51,362 nucleotides of DNA from Candidatus Moraniibacteriota bacterium. Its GTDB lineage: Bacteria > Patescibacteriota > Minisyncoccia > Moranbacterales > GWC2-37-73. Positions 17,021 through 27,348 of the stretch are shown here, in pieces (position 1 is the first letter of the stretch; every line of letters begins with the position of its first letter). The notes beneath the pieces are model-generated. The model ran no database searches. It saw nothing but the letters and a program-made list of their open reading frames with translations, and had not been told where the DNA came from. The position numbers and the translations under genes were made by a program. Location of the stretch: positions 1 to 51,362 of the forward strand of contig JAQTLF010000003.1 of NCBI GenBank assembly GCA_028715015.1, in the 5' to 3' direction.

Positions 17021-18850
17021 ATGACTGCAAATGAACTAAGAAATAAATATTTGGAATTTTTTGCATCCAAGGGACACACGATCATTCCTTCGGCATCATT
17101 GATTCCGCGTGATACCGATGCTTCAACCTTGTTCACCACAGCTGGTATGCATCCGTTGGTGCCATATCTGTTGGGACAAGAGCATCCGGGAGGCAAGCGT
17201 GTGGCCAACGTGCAAAAATGCGTGCGCACCGGCGACATTGATGACGTGGGCGACAATCGTCACTGCACATTTTTTGAAATGATGGGGAACTGGAGTTTCG
17301 GAGACTATTTCAAAAAAGAAGCCATCGAGTGGAGCTTTGAATTTTTGACTGATCCCAAGTGGCTCGGTCTTGATAAGAACAGATTATATGTGACGGTTTT
17401 TAAAGGAGAAAATGGAATTCCTCGCGACGAGGAAGCGATTTCAATTTGGAAAAAAACTTTTGAAAATGCTGGCATGAACGTGGCAGTGGCTGGAGAAGAC
17501 GAAATCATCAACGGTGATGTCCGCATCATTCCTCTTGGAATCGATGACAATTTTTGGATCGCCGGAGCCACTGGTCCATGCGGAGGTGACACGGAAATGT
17601 TCTATGACATGCGTCCTGAAGAAGGAAAATTGGAAGGAAGATTTACTGATCTGGTGGACAGTTTCAGAATCATGGAGGTTTGGAACAATGTTTTCATGGA
17701 GTTCAACAAAACAGCTGAGGGAAAATATGAAAAACTGTCCAAACCGAATGTCGACACAGGCATGGGAGTTGAAAGAACATTGGCTGTGATCAAAGGCGAA
17801 TACACTGTTTTTGAAACTGAATTGTTCAAACCTCTTTTTGAAAAAATTGCAGAAATTTCCGGCAACGATTATGGCGACAGCGAAGAAACGAAAAAAGCTT
17901 TTCGTATCATTGCCGACCACGTCCGCGCCAGTGTTTTCATGTTGGCTGATGGTGTGACACCGCTCAACACCGGAGCCGGATATGTTTTGAGGCGCCTCAT
18001 CCGTCGCGCTGTGCGCTGGGGAAAAGTGCTGGGCATCGAAAAAGATTTCACAGTGAGCGTGGCTGAAATTGTGATTCAGAAATTTGGAGATTTTTATCCT
18101 GAACTCAAAAAACAAAGAGAAACAATTTTTGCAGAATTGAAAAAAGAAGAAGAGAAATTCAGGAAGACTTTGGAAAATGGACTCAGACAATTCAACAAAC
18201 TGTCAGTTGCTGCAATTTCAGGTAAAGATGCTTTTGATTTGTATCAGACTTATGGTTTTCCTTTGGAACTTACGATCGAGTTGGCCAAAGAAAACGGAAT
18301 TGTGGTTGATGAAAAAGAATTTGATGGGGAATTGAAAAAGCATCAGGAACTTTCCCGCACGGCTTCAGCCGGAATGTTCAAAGGGGGGCTCCAAGATTCT
18401 GGGCAGGAAACTGCCAGACTGCACACGGCTGCGCATCTTCTTTTGGCTTCGTTGCGCAAAGTTTTGGGCAATCACGTGTTCCAGAAAGGTTCCAATATCA
18501 CGCCTGAGCGCCTAAGGCTCGATTTCTCGCATCCTGAAAAGGTCACGCCTAATCAGCTCTCTGAGGTGGAAAACATCGTCAACGCTGCCATAGAGGCCGA
18601 ATTGGAGGTTATCAGCAATGAAATGACCCTGCAACGAGCCAAAGAAATCGGTGCCATGGGTGTTTTTGAGTCCAAATATGGAGAAAAAGTGACCGTCTAT
18701 TCAATCGTGGCAGATGATGCCCGCATTGTGAGCATGGAAATTTGCGGTGGCCCGCATGCCAAAAACACCCGAGAATTGGGCCATTTCAAGATCCAAAAAG
18801 AAGAAGCTTCAAGCAGTGGAGTCAGGAGAATAAAGGCGATATTGGAATAA
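17021..18850 (+). CDS. alaS: alanine--tRNA ligase, short form (catalytic, tRNA-recognition and editing domains; no C-Ala/DHHA1-like extension)
   Basis: N-terminus LRNKYLEFFASKGHTIIPSASLIP...TLFTTAGMHP, FFEMMGNWSFGDYFK, editing-domain HTAAHLL and CGGPH. At 609 aa it is much shorter than typical bacterial AlaRS. Confidence 0.93.
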   Translation: MTANELRNKYLEFFASKGHTIIPSASLIPRDTDASTLFTTAGMHPLVPYLLGQEHPGGKRVANVQKCVRTGDIDDVGDNRHCTFFEMMGNWSFGDYFKKEAIEWSFEFLTDPKWLGLDKNRLYVTVFKGENGIPRDEEAISIWKKTFENAGMNVAVAGEDEIINGDVRIIPLGIDDNFWIAGATGPCGGDTEMFYDMRPEEGKLEGRFTDLVDSFRIMEVWNNVFMEFNKTAEGKYEKLSKPNVDTGMGVERTLAVIKGEYTVFETELFKPLFEKIAEISGNDYGDSEETKKAFRIIADHVRASVFMLADGVTPLNTGAGYVLRRLIRRAVRWGKVLGIEKDFTVSVAEIVIQKFGDFYPELKKQRETIFAELKKEEEKFRKTLENGLRQFNKLSVAAISGKDAFDLYQTYGFPLELTIELAKENGIVVDEKEFDGELKKHQELSRTASAGMFKGGLQDSGQETARLHTAAHLLLASLRKVLGNHVFQKGSNITPERLRLDFSHPEKVTPNQLSEVENIVNAAIEAELEVISNEMTLQRAKEIGAMGVFESKYGEKVTVYSIVADDARIVSMEICGGPHAKNTRELGHFKIQKEEASSSGVRRIKAILE

Positions 18851-18930
18851 AAATACAAGTCAACGGTAATTTGTCATCAGTCATCTTGTTGGATGACTGG
18901 CTTGCTGGTGACCGATGACTATTAGCTTTA

Positions 18931-18959
18931 TTGACAAGTTTTTTGCTTCGGGGTATACT
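18931..18959 (+). promoter_or_regulatory. sigma-70-type promoter for rplU
   Basis: TTGACA, a 17-nt spacer, then TATACT, about 30 nt upstream of ATG 18990. Confidence 0.65.
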
Positions 18960-18989
18960 GATTTAGTAACAATTATTCTATATACGATC

Positions 18990-19298
18990 ATGTTGGCAAT
19001 CATAAAAACAGGAGGAAAGCAATACAAGGTGGCTGTCGGAGACAAAATCAAGATTGAAAAACTTGAAGGAGAAGCTGGCGCTGTAATCAAATTTGAAGAA
19101 GTGCTTTTTATCGGAGATGAGACTGATGTAAAAATCGGAACTCCATTTTTAGCTGGCGCTGTTGTGGAAGGAACTTTGGTTGAACAAGGACGTCATAAAA
19201 AAGTTTGGGGAATCAAGCACAAAGCCAAGAAACGATACAAAGTAAAATTCGGTCACAAACAACTTTACACTGAAGTGGAAATCACGAAAATTGCTTAG
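18990..19298 (+). CDS. rplU: 50S ribosomal protein L21
   Basis: MLAIIKTGGKQYKVAVGDKIKIEKL is a canonical L21 N-terminus. 102 aa. The upstream extension from 18915 overlaps the promoter and is rejected. Confidence 0.9.
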   Translation: MLAIIKTGGKQYKVAVGDKIKIEKLEGEAGAVIKFEEVLFIGDETDVKIGTPFLAGAVVEGTLVEQGRHKKVWGIKHKAKKRYKVKFGHKQLYTEVEITKIA

Positions 19299-19344
19299 CT
19301 CATGGGGCATTAAGCATGGAGCATATAACAAAAATGCAATATTC

Positions 19345-19378
19345 AAAACACTCTGTGAAAACGGAGTGTTTTTTGTTT
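19345..19378 (+). terminator. intrinsic terminator after rplU
   Basis: AAAACACTC-tgtgaaaacg-GAGTGTTTT followed by TTG. Confidence 0.7.
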
Positions 19379-19395
19379 GCAAATTTTGAAAAATA

Positions 19396-19433
19396 AAAAT
19401 CCCCGTGGCCGGTTTTTCCGGTGCGGGGATTTT
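19396..19433. terminator. bidirectional hairpin terminator
   Basis: AAAATCCCCG...CGGGGATTTT with an inner CCGG-ttttt-CCGG, flanked by an A-run and a T-run. It lies between convergent genes. Confidence 0.65.
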
Positions 19434-19438
19434 GCGAG

Positions 19439-19762
19439 TCAGCCTTCTTTTGGCAAGAAAGAGGCAAGGATATATTCACCCAGTAGTATTTTCCCACTCA
19501 GGTAAATATCATCACCTTCTTTCTCCCAAGACAGCTTGATCTTGGCTCCGGCATAGTTCTTGATACATCCGGTTACTTCTGGTACCGAATGTTCTTCGAA
19601 AATGAATTTTGCCGGATCTGGCATTGGCACTGGCCTGTCAGCGATGGCGAGGCGTATTGCTTGGATAAAGAGAAGCCTTGAATTTCCTGGTTCATACAGT
19701 GGCTCAACAATGTCAAAAAAGATTGTGCCGCTGCTTTTCCCTTTTTCAAGTCTTTGTCTCAT
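19439..19762 (-). CDS. hypothetical protein
   Basis: 107-aa ORF convergent with rplU. No motif recognised. Confidence 0.5.
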   Translation of the reverse strand: MRQRLEKGKSSGTIFFDIVEPLYEPGNSRLLFIQAIRLAIADRPVPMPDPAKFIFEEHSVPEVTGCIKNYAGAKIKLSWEKEGDDIYLSGKILLGEYILASFLPKEG

Positions 19763-19842
19763 GAACTGCCTCCTTTTTCTGGTTGGGGTTAATAAAAAAG
19801 AACCATTGAGTTCCTATTGAAAATCTATTGATATTGCATTAT

Positions 19843-20430
19843 CTATAAAACCTTGCGGTTTGTCAATGCTTCCGAGAGTGTGAGCTCGTCGGCATATTCC
19901 AAATCGGCGCCTGTTGAAAGTCCGCGCCCCAGGCGGGTGATCTTCACGCCTTCGATGCTTTGGATTTTTCTTTTGAGATATAGGGCAGTGGCATCACCTT
20001 CAGTGGTCGGATTGGTGGCCAAAATTATTTCAGTTATTTTTTCATTTTCAATGCGGCTGATCAATTCTGGAATTTTCAATTCAACTCCGCTGTCACCGAC
20101 TTGGATGACGCCGCCAAGCACGTGATAGAGGCCTTGGTAGGCTTTGGTTCTTTCCAGTGAGATGATGTCTAGTGGTTCTTCAACCACGCAGATGGAATGT
20201 TGGTCGCGGCGCGAATCTTTGCAATATTCGCAAAGTTCGCTTTCGGCAATGTTGAAACATTTCTTGCAGATTTTCATGTTTTTGATTTCCAAAAGATTTT
20301 CGGCAAAGTCGCGAATTTTTTCAATGTCCTGTTTGAAAAGGAAAAGAACAAGACGTTCGGCCATTTTGGGACCGACTGACGGAAGGGAACTCAAGTTTTT
20401 TATCAATTTTTGAAAGGCTTTAGGATACAC
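19843..20430 (-). CDS. recR: recombination protein RecR
   Basis: HhH LPSVGPKMAERL, zinc finger CKKCFNIAESELCEYC, and a Toprim region (VVEEPLDI, ILATNPTTEGDATA). Confidence 0.92.
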   Translation of the reverse strand: MYPKAFQKLIKNLSSLPSVGPKMAERLVLFLFKQDIEKIRDFAENLLEIKNMKICKKCFNIAESELCEYCKDSRRDQHSICVVEEPLDIISLERTKAYQGLYHVLGGVIQVGDSGVELKIPELISRIENEKITEIILATNPTTEGDATALYLKRKIQSIEGVKITRLGRGLSTGADLEYADELTLSEALTNRKVL

Positions 20431-20560
20431 TGGTTTAATTTTAAATTTTAAATTATAAATTTTAAATCAATTTTAAATTTTTAAATAAGAAATCCATTTA
20501 AACATTTATTAATTTTGGATTTCATTTCAAACTTAAAATTTTAAACTTAAAATTCGCAAG
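20431..20560. repeat. AT-word intergenic repeat (TTTAAA/AAATTT/CAAACTT words)
   Basis: The sequence is ...aattttaaattttaaattataaattttaaatcaattttaaattttt...catttcaaacttaaaattttaaacttaaaatt. It is related to the elements at 45395 and 48496. Confidence 0.7.
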
Positions 20561-21955
20561 TTATTGTTGTTGATGAATCTTTTCTAGTGAGCGGAAGCTG
20601 GCGCTGTTTTCCTGGAAGAAAGCACTGACTTCGCCAACTGGACCGTTACGATGTTTTGATATGATGATTTTCACGATGCCTTTGTTTGGAGTGTCAGGTT
20701 TTTCACGATCTTCACGATAGAGGAACAGCACGACGTCGGCATCCTGCTCAATCGAACCGGATTCGCGAAGATCGCTCAATTTTGGAATTTGAGGGCTGCG
20801 GGATTCAACGCTGCGGGAAAGCTGTGACAATGCCAAAATAGGAATGTTGAGTTCGCGAGCCAGGTTTTTGAGTCCGCGGGAAATTTCAGAAATTTCTTGC
20901 ACGCGATTGTCGCCGCCACGTCCTTCCATCAACTGCAAATAGTCGATCACGATCAAACCGAGATTGTGATCGGCTTGAAGGCGACGTGCCATGGTTCTCA
21001 TGCTCATGATGTTGGCGCTGGCCGTGTCGTCAATGAAAAGTTTGGCTTCAGAAAGAATTCCCATGGCTTCGCCGATTCTTTGGAAATCATTGTTCTCTCC
21101 TTCGCTGCTGAGTCGTCCTGTTCTGAGGCGCCACAAATCAACGTTGGCTTCAGCCGCAAGCATGCGGTCAACCAATTGGTCGGCGCCCATTTCCAAAGAG
21201 AACATTGCCACGGCCGCATTTTCGCGGACTGCCACGTGGCGGGCGATGTCCAAAGCCAAAGAAGTTTTTCCAACCGATGGTCTGGCTGCCAAAATGATGA
21301 GGTCTGATTTCTGTAGGCCTGCCAAAACGCCATCAAGATCCGGAAATCCTGTGGGAATTCCTCTGAACTTGTTGCCATCACGATGCAGTTCATCGATGCG
21401 GTTGAAAGCCGCCTCCAAAATCGATTTGATGGGCATGAAATCTTGCTTGATATATTTTTGCGAAACAGCAAAAAGTTTTTGTTCGGCTTCATCCAGAATT
21501 TTCTCCACATCATCTCCTTCGCGGAAACCTGTTTCAATGATTTCGCTGGCTGCATTGATCAATCTGCGCAGCAAAGCTTTTTTCTGCACGACTTTGGCAT
21601 AGTGCACGATGTGCGAGGCGGATGGAACAGTTCCCACCAAAGAAGCGAGATAGCTGGAACCGCCTATTTTTTCAAGTTGTTTCTTTTCATCAAGTTTGTT
21701 TGATATGCTCAAAACGTCAAGCGGTTCACGTTGTTCATAAAGTTCCAGCATCGTTTCATAGATCAGGTTGTGATCGTCTTTGTAGAAATCGCCAACTTTC
21801 AAAAGATCGGCAATCTTGATGACGGCATCTTTTTCCAACATCAAAGAACCAAGAATTGACATCTCAGCTTCCAGGTTGTGCGGAGGTGTGCGCATCGGAT
21901 CATAGTTTTGCGCAGGCGCTTGCTTTGGTTTGTATTCTCTGAATTCTCGAGCCAT
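20561..21955 (-). CDS. dnaB: replicative DNA helicase DnaB
   Basis: 464 aa. PPHNLEAEMSILGS N-terminus, Walker A AARPSVGKTS, IVIDYLQLM, and SQLSR. No intein. Confidence 0.95.
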   Translation of the reverse strand: MAREFREYKPKQAPAQNYDPMRTPPHNLEAEMSILGSLMLEKDAVIKIADLLKVGDFYKDDHNLIYETMLELYEQREPLDVLSISNKLDEKKQLEKIGGSSYLASLVGTVPSASHIVHYAKVVQKKALLRRLINAASEIIETGFREGDDVEKILDEAEQKLFAVSQKYIKQDFMPIKSILEAAFNRIDELHRDGNKFRGIPTGFPDLDGVLAGLQKSDLIILAARPSVGKTSLALDIARHVAVRENAAVAMFSLEMGADQLVDRMLAAEANVDLWRLRTGRLSSEGENNDFQRIGEAMGILSEAKLFIDDTASANIMSMRTMARRLQADHNLGLIVIDYLQLMEGRGGDNRVQEISEISRGLKNLARELNIPILALSQLSRSVESRSPQIPKLSDLRESGSIEQDADVVLFLYREDREKPDTPNKGIVKIIISKHRNGPVGEVSAFFQENSASFRSLEKIHQQQ

Positions 21956-21958
21956 AGA

Positions 21959-22046
21959 GGATTAGGCATTAGGCAATTAGCTTTTTAGCTTGATAGTTTT
22001 TGTGGTGTTTCTGAAAAGCTAAAGCCTGAAAAGCTTTTAAGCTATT
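21959..22046. repeat. AGCT-word imperfect palindromic element
   Basis: ATTAGGCATTAGGCAATTAGCTTTTTAGCTTGATAG...CTGAAAAGCTAAAGCCTGAAAAGCTTTTAAGCT. The arm AGGCAATTAGCTTTT pairs with AAAAGCTAAAGCCT. Confidence 0.65.
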
Positions 22047-22288
22047 TTCTATTATAGCAACTGTGTGGGTTTAATCAACACAGCCAAAATCGATGTTTGT
22101 CCACGGTTTATGCAATGTTTTTGCACACGGATAATTCTTTTGGAAAATTAATTTGTTTTTTATTAAAAAATATCTTTCTTTCTATAATTTCTTATTAATT
22201 TGGCAAAAAATGTTGATGGAAAAAAATGGCTCAAACAAGGGAAAAAATCAGAATATTTTGCTGGAAAAAAAATTCTTTTTAAAAACCC

Positions 22289-22317
22289 TTGACAAGTTTT
22301 TTTTACCTTGCTAAACT
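22289..22317 (+). promoter_or_regulatory. sigma-70-type promoter, candidate 16S rRNA promoter
   Basis: TTGACA, a 17-nt spacer, then TAAACT, about 350 nt upstream of the 16S 5' end. It shares the extended motif TTGACAAGTTTT with the promoters at 18931 and 33661. Confidence 0.5.
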
Positions 22318-22669
22318 GTTTAAGCAATCAAGAAGAAGTGATGTTAAATTCTTTAAGAAACATCCGCAAAAAAGAAAATATTTAAAAATTCGGGCGATGG
22401 AAAAGATACATCCCGATGCATATCAGAAGATGTGCGTGAGGATGTGTTTTTTATACTCTCCAACTATAGGTTGGAAAAGTAAAAAATGTGAACCTTAAAA
22501 AGATGTAATAATAGAACTGATCGCAATTTATTGCGGTTAGTCCTTTAAGATAATTTGTAGTAATACAAATTTCTGGTTGTTTATTCGAGCTTATACGTTT
22601 TTTCATCTTTTCGTTAAATAAAGATGATACCTGATTGAGCAAAAGTTCGCTTTTGTTTAAATCTATTTA

Positions 22670-24214
<1,545 letters not shown>

Positions 24215-24223
<9 letters not shown>

Positions 24224-24440
24224 TAGGGAGTTAAGGTGCGATTGGTGTCTTCGGACAACCAATCAATTCTAACGGTCGTTTGTTCTTGCTTCGGCAAGGA
24301 TAAATCTTGTTTACCATTGAGGTAAGCAAAAATTCGGATAACCAGTCATTAGGACTAGCCACAATAGCTTACGATTAGCCTCGGCTTTTTGTATTGCTGT
24401 AGGCATGAAAACACTTTTTCGCGAAGGTGTTTTTTTGTTG
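24215..24440 (+). repeat. direct repeat, left copy (16S 3' end plus trailer plus terminator)
   Basis: CCTCCTTTCTAGGGAGTTAAGGTGCGAT...GTAGGCATGAAAACACTTTTTCGCGAAGGTGTTTTTTTGTTG. It is co-linear with 31349-31572. Confidence 0.9.
24407..24437 (+). terminator. intrinsic terminator of the 16S transcription unit
   Basis: AAAACACTTtttcgcgAAGGTGTTTTTTT. The same module recurs at 31541 and, with 2 changes, at 35264. Confidence 0.65.
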
Positions 24441-24502
24441 TGTGAAATAGTATGATATGATATGGATATAATGTTAAGTAAAAATGCATCTAAAAGGCAA
24501 AT

Positions 24503-24841
24503 ATGAAACTGAAGCAAGACAAATACCGCAAGGCAAGAGGAGGACATTCCAGATTGCTGGACGTCAGTTGTTCAAAATGCTCACAGCATCTTTTCTATTA
24601 TCAAAAAGATGGCCCAGGAATTTTGAAAAGAACTTATTTGGATAGAATTACAAATTCAGAGAAATTTGAAAATTTGCAACATCTTTCCCTTGGTAAAATT
24701 CCGCAATTAATCTGCTCAAAGTGCGGCGAACATATAGGAGCGCCGATTATTTACAAAAAAGAAAATCGTCTAGTATTCAGAATGTTTGAAGGCGCGGTAA
24801 GCAAGAAAATTGTTAATCTGGATAGTCAGAAAAATTTATGA
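24503..24841 (+). CDS. small zinc-ribbon protein (CxxC...CxxC)
   Basis: 112 aa with CSKCSQH and CSKCGEH about 50 aa apart. Its stop overlaps the next start (ATGA). Confidence 0.55.
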   Translation: MKLKQDKYRKARGGHSRLLDVSCSKCSQHLFYYQKDGPGILKRTYLDRITNSEKFENLQHLSLGKIPQLICSKCGEHIGAPIIYKKENRLVFRMFEGAVSKKIVNLDSQKNL

Positions 24842-25644
24842 AAGATTTCCACATCCATTCAGGATTAATTGAGCATACGAATGATGACATTTTTTCAATT
24901 GCTCAAAAGGCAAAAGAACTTGGATTTACTGAAATCACAATCTTGGAACATATTTCTCCGTTTAAAATAAAATATCCAGCAAATTTAGATCCAAGTAATA
25001 CGATTTTTGCAGATAAAATTCCAGAAACATATTCAAGGAGAACTTCAACAGTTTCTGTTTTGGTTGAACAATGCAAAAAGGCGGAAGCGGAAATTGGTAT
25101 TAAAATTAACAGAAGTTTGGAGGTTGATTATTATAAATCTTTTGAAAATGATATCAAAGATTATGAGAAACACGGGTTAGATTATTTGACTCTGAGTAGT
25201 CATTACGTTGAAGACCCCAAGGCTGACGATGAAAACAAGCTTATTCATATTGGCTTTTCAAAAAACATGAATTATTTTCTAGAAAAATACGGGGAAGAAA
25301 AACTTTTTGAATTGTACTTTAAAAATTTGATGAATGGTGTAAAATCTGGCTTGTTTGAATTAGTGGCTCATTTGGATTTTTTCGGAAGAGCTTTGGAAAA
25401 CTATGACCATCGAAAAGTGATTAAATATGTCGAGCCGATTTTGGAGCAAATAATTAAGAGAGAAATGTTTCTTGAGTTGAATATTTCTCAAGAAAAGCTC
25501 CAGCCAGCACTTGAAATAATCGAGAAATACAAGGAACTTGGCGGAAACAAATTGGTTTTCGGCAGTGACTCTCACTCACTTAGTGATTTAGTAGGTTCAA
25601 TTGAAAAGAGGCAGAAATTTGTTGAGCTTGTTGATGTCAAATAA
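24838..25644 (+). CDS. PHP-domain phosphoesterase (HisJ/histidinol-phosphatase family)
   Basis: DFHIHS at the N-terminus, then EH, SSHY, VAHLDF and GSDSHS, matching the PHP metal-ligand pattern. Confidence 0.7.
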   Translation: MKDFHIHSGLIEHTNDDIFSIAQKAKELGFTEITILEHISPFKIKYPANLDPSNTIFADKIPETYSRRTSTVSVLVEQCKKAEAEIGIKINRSLEVDYYKSFENDIKDYEKHGLDYLTLSSHYVEDPKADDENKLIHIGFSKNMNYFLEKYGEEKLFELYFKNLMNGVKSGLFELVAHLDFFGRALENYDHRKVIKYVEPILEQIIKREMFLELNISQEKLQPALEIIEKYKELGGNKLVFGSDSHSLSDLVGSIEKRQKFVELVDVK

Positions 25645-25666
25645 TGTTTTACTTAAGCTAGTAATT

Positions 25667-26188
25667 ATGGACATAATCAAAACGAAGAGATTCATATTAA
25701 GATTAATAAGATTGAAAGATGCAAAAGATCTTGCAAAAAACATGAATAATTGGAATGTGATAAAAAATCTTTCTCAAATTCCGTTTCCATATGAGTTGAG
25801 GCACGCCAAGCAATTTAGTGGGAAAATAGAGAAGGAGATGAAAAAAGAAAAACCTGAAAATTATGTGATGGTGATTGAAATTGATGGCGAGGTAGTTGGT
25901 GCAGTTGGTGCTCATCACATCGTGCATGGACACAAGGCAGAAATGGGTTATTGGCTGGCTGAAAAACATTGGGGGCGGGGAATTATGTCCGAGGTTGTAA
26001 AGAAATTCATGGCGCATATTTTTACGAAATTCAAACTTCGTCGCATATGTGCATATGCCTATCCTTATAATAAAGGTTCAATGAGGGTCATGGAAAAAGT
26101 TGGAATGAAATTTGAAGGAATCGGTCGCAAAGATATGATTAAGGATGGAAAATTTCTCGATGTTCATATTTATGCAAAAGTTAAGTGA
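25667..26188 (+). CDS. GNAT family N-acetyltransferase (RimJ/RimL-like)
   Basis: TKRFILRLIRLKDAKDL N-terminus, and YWLAEKHWGRGIMSE (Q/RxxGxG/A acetyl-CoA loop). ATG 25667 is preferred over 25601, which overlaps the upstream gene. Confidence 0.75.
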   Translation: MDIIKTKRFILRLIRLKDAKDLAKNMNNWNVIKNLSQIPFPYELRHAKQFSGKIEKEMKKEKPENYVMVIEIDGEVVGAVGAHHIVHGHKAEMGYWLAEKHWGRGIMSEVVKKFMAHIFTKFKLRRICAYAYPYNKGSMRVMEKVGMKFEGIGRKDMIKDGKFLDVHIYAKVK

Positions 26189-26217
26189 TATTTAGGAAAC
26201 TTGTATGGATAGAAGAA

Positions 26218-26254
26218 GAGCCTATCAACAGTTATGTTGATAGGCTCTTATTTT
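26218..26254. terminator. bidirectional terminator between convergent genes
   Basis: GAGCCTATCAAC-agttat-GTTGATAGGCTC followed by TTATTTT. Confidence 0.7.
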
Positions 26255-26265
26255 ACAAAAAGGCG

Positions 26266-27327
26266 TCAAAGTGTTTCTTCATACATTTTTAAGTAATCTC
26301 TGAGTGCTTCATTGAAGTCATTGGCGAGAATTATCTCGCCGTGTAATTTCATGATTCCGCGCTTATACTGCTTGAGAACAGGCGCGATTTTAAATAGATC
26401 GCCCCATTGTCCATAATGCAGATATTCGCTACTGTGGTATCTGATCATCTTTGATGAATATGTGATATCACGACAATGTCCATGAATTATCACATTAGCA
26501 TCGGGAAACGCGTTGAAAATTTCCAATATCAACGGCGTTTCTGAGGATGGCATACCTTCGCCTGACCAAGATACAATTCGATGCTTCCAGTCAGTGATAA
26601 GAGTCAAGTCGCTGCACGATAAATTTCCGACCAGCGAACCAGAACGCGTTACCAAAACCCCTCCGTCAATTCTTTTTGCTAAAAATCCAGCCGAGGTGTT
26701 GGTATAATGATCCTCTTGCATCTTGTTACCAATCGCTGAAAATTCTGGATAGTTGGTGTCTACGATTTCGTCGATATTAAGCTTGATTCTCTTTTCTTCA
26801 TATCGAATCTTTTGATAACGATGATAGACAGTGTCAAAAATCTTTTCCCATGGTGCCATCGTAATCTTTTCGAGTTCGCCGCTGGCAGAATAGACATATT
26901 CTGGCCAAACGATTTCAACTCCAAAACTTGACACAATATCTTGCGCTCTGGGTGTAGCTGGATGATTCCAGTACTGGCTTCCCATAGCTGGAGCAACAAC
27001 AACATGTTTGCCTTTGCCGATTGCAGCATGCAATATAGACATAGGGTAATTATCGGCAATACCGTAAGAGATTTTTGAGAAAGTATTGAATGTGCATGGT
27101 GCAACGATAACAATGTCTTCCTCTGGAATCTTGTCACAACTTGATTCCCGACACACGATTACTTCGCGACTAATGGAATCCCAACAATCAATCATTGGAA
27201 TAGCGGCTGGCGTTGGCATAAGAATTGGTTTTGCTCCATCCTTTTTGAGCATATCGAGCAAAATCATCACGCCTTTGGCTTTAGTCGCACCCGTCACAAT
27301 GACATAAACAATCTTATTCTGAAGCAT
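26266..27327 (-). CDS. fusion protein: N-terminal flavoprotein domain (EpiD/CoaC/UbiX-like) and C-terminal class II aldolase/adducin-like domain
   Basis: N-terminus KIVYVIVTGATKAKG...IVIVAPCTFNTFSKISYGIADN...VVVAPAM follows the flavoprotein pattern. C-terminus VLVTRSGSL...PSSETPLILEIF...ANVIIHGHC follows the aldolase-II PSSE/HxH pattern. SD AAAGGTGGTGA upstream. Confidence 0.7.
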   Translation of the reverse strand: MLQNKIVYVIVTGATKAKGVMILLDMLKKDGAKPILMPTPAAIPMIDCWDSISREVIVCRESSCDKIPEEDIVIVAPCTFNTFSKISYGIADNYPMSILHAAIGKGKHVVVAPAMGSQYWNHPATPRAQDIVSSFGVEIVWPEYVYSASGELEKITMAPWEKIFDTVYHRYQKIRYEEKRIKLNIDEIVDTNYPEFSAIGNKMQEDHYTNTSAGFLAKRIDGGVLVTRSGSLVGNLSCSDLTLITDWKHRIVSWSGEGMPSSETPLILEIFNAFPDANVIIHGHCRDITYSSKMIRYHSSEYLHYGQWGDLFKIAPVLKQYKRGIMKLHGEIILANDFNEALRDYLKMYEETL

Positions 27328-27348
27328 CTCATATCACCACCTTTCGTT

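Noticed and set aside
22050-22288. Possible replication origin or DnaA-box cluster upstream of dnaB
   Set aside because: Only degenerate matches to TTATCCACA were seen, each with 2 or more mismatches (for example TTGTCCACG, and TTATCCGTG on the opposite strand). There is no dnaA or dnaN nearby. The evidence is insufficient without GC-skew data.
24226-24502. Expected ITS tRNA genes (Ile/Ala) or the start of 23S downstream of the 16S gene
   Set aside because: I could find no cloverleaf-compatible sequence (no GTTCGAATC-like T-arm and no acceptor/anticodon stems) and no 23S 5' motifs. The region ends in a terminator and is followed by protein-coding genes.
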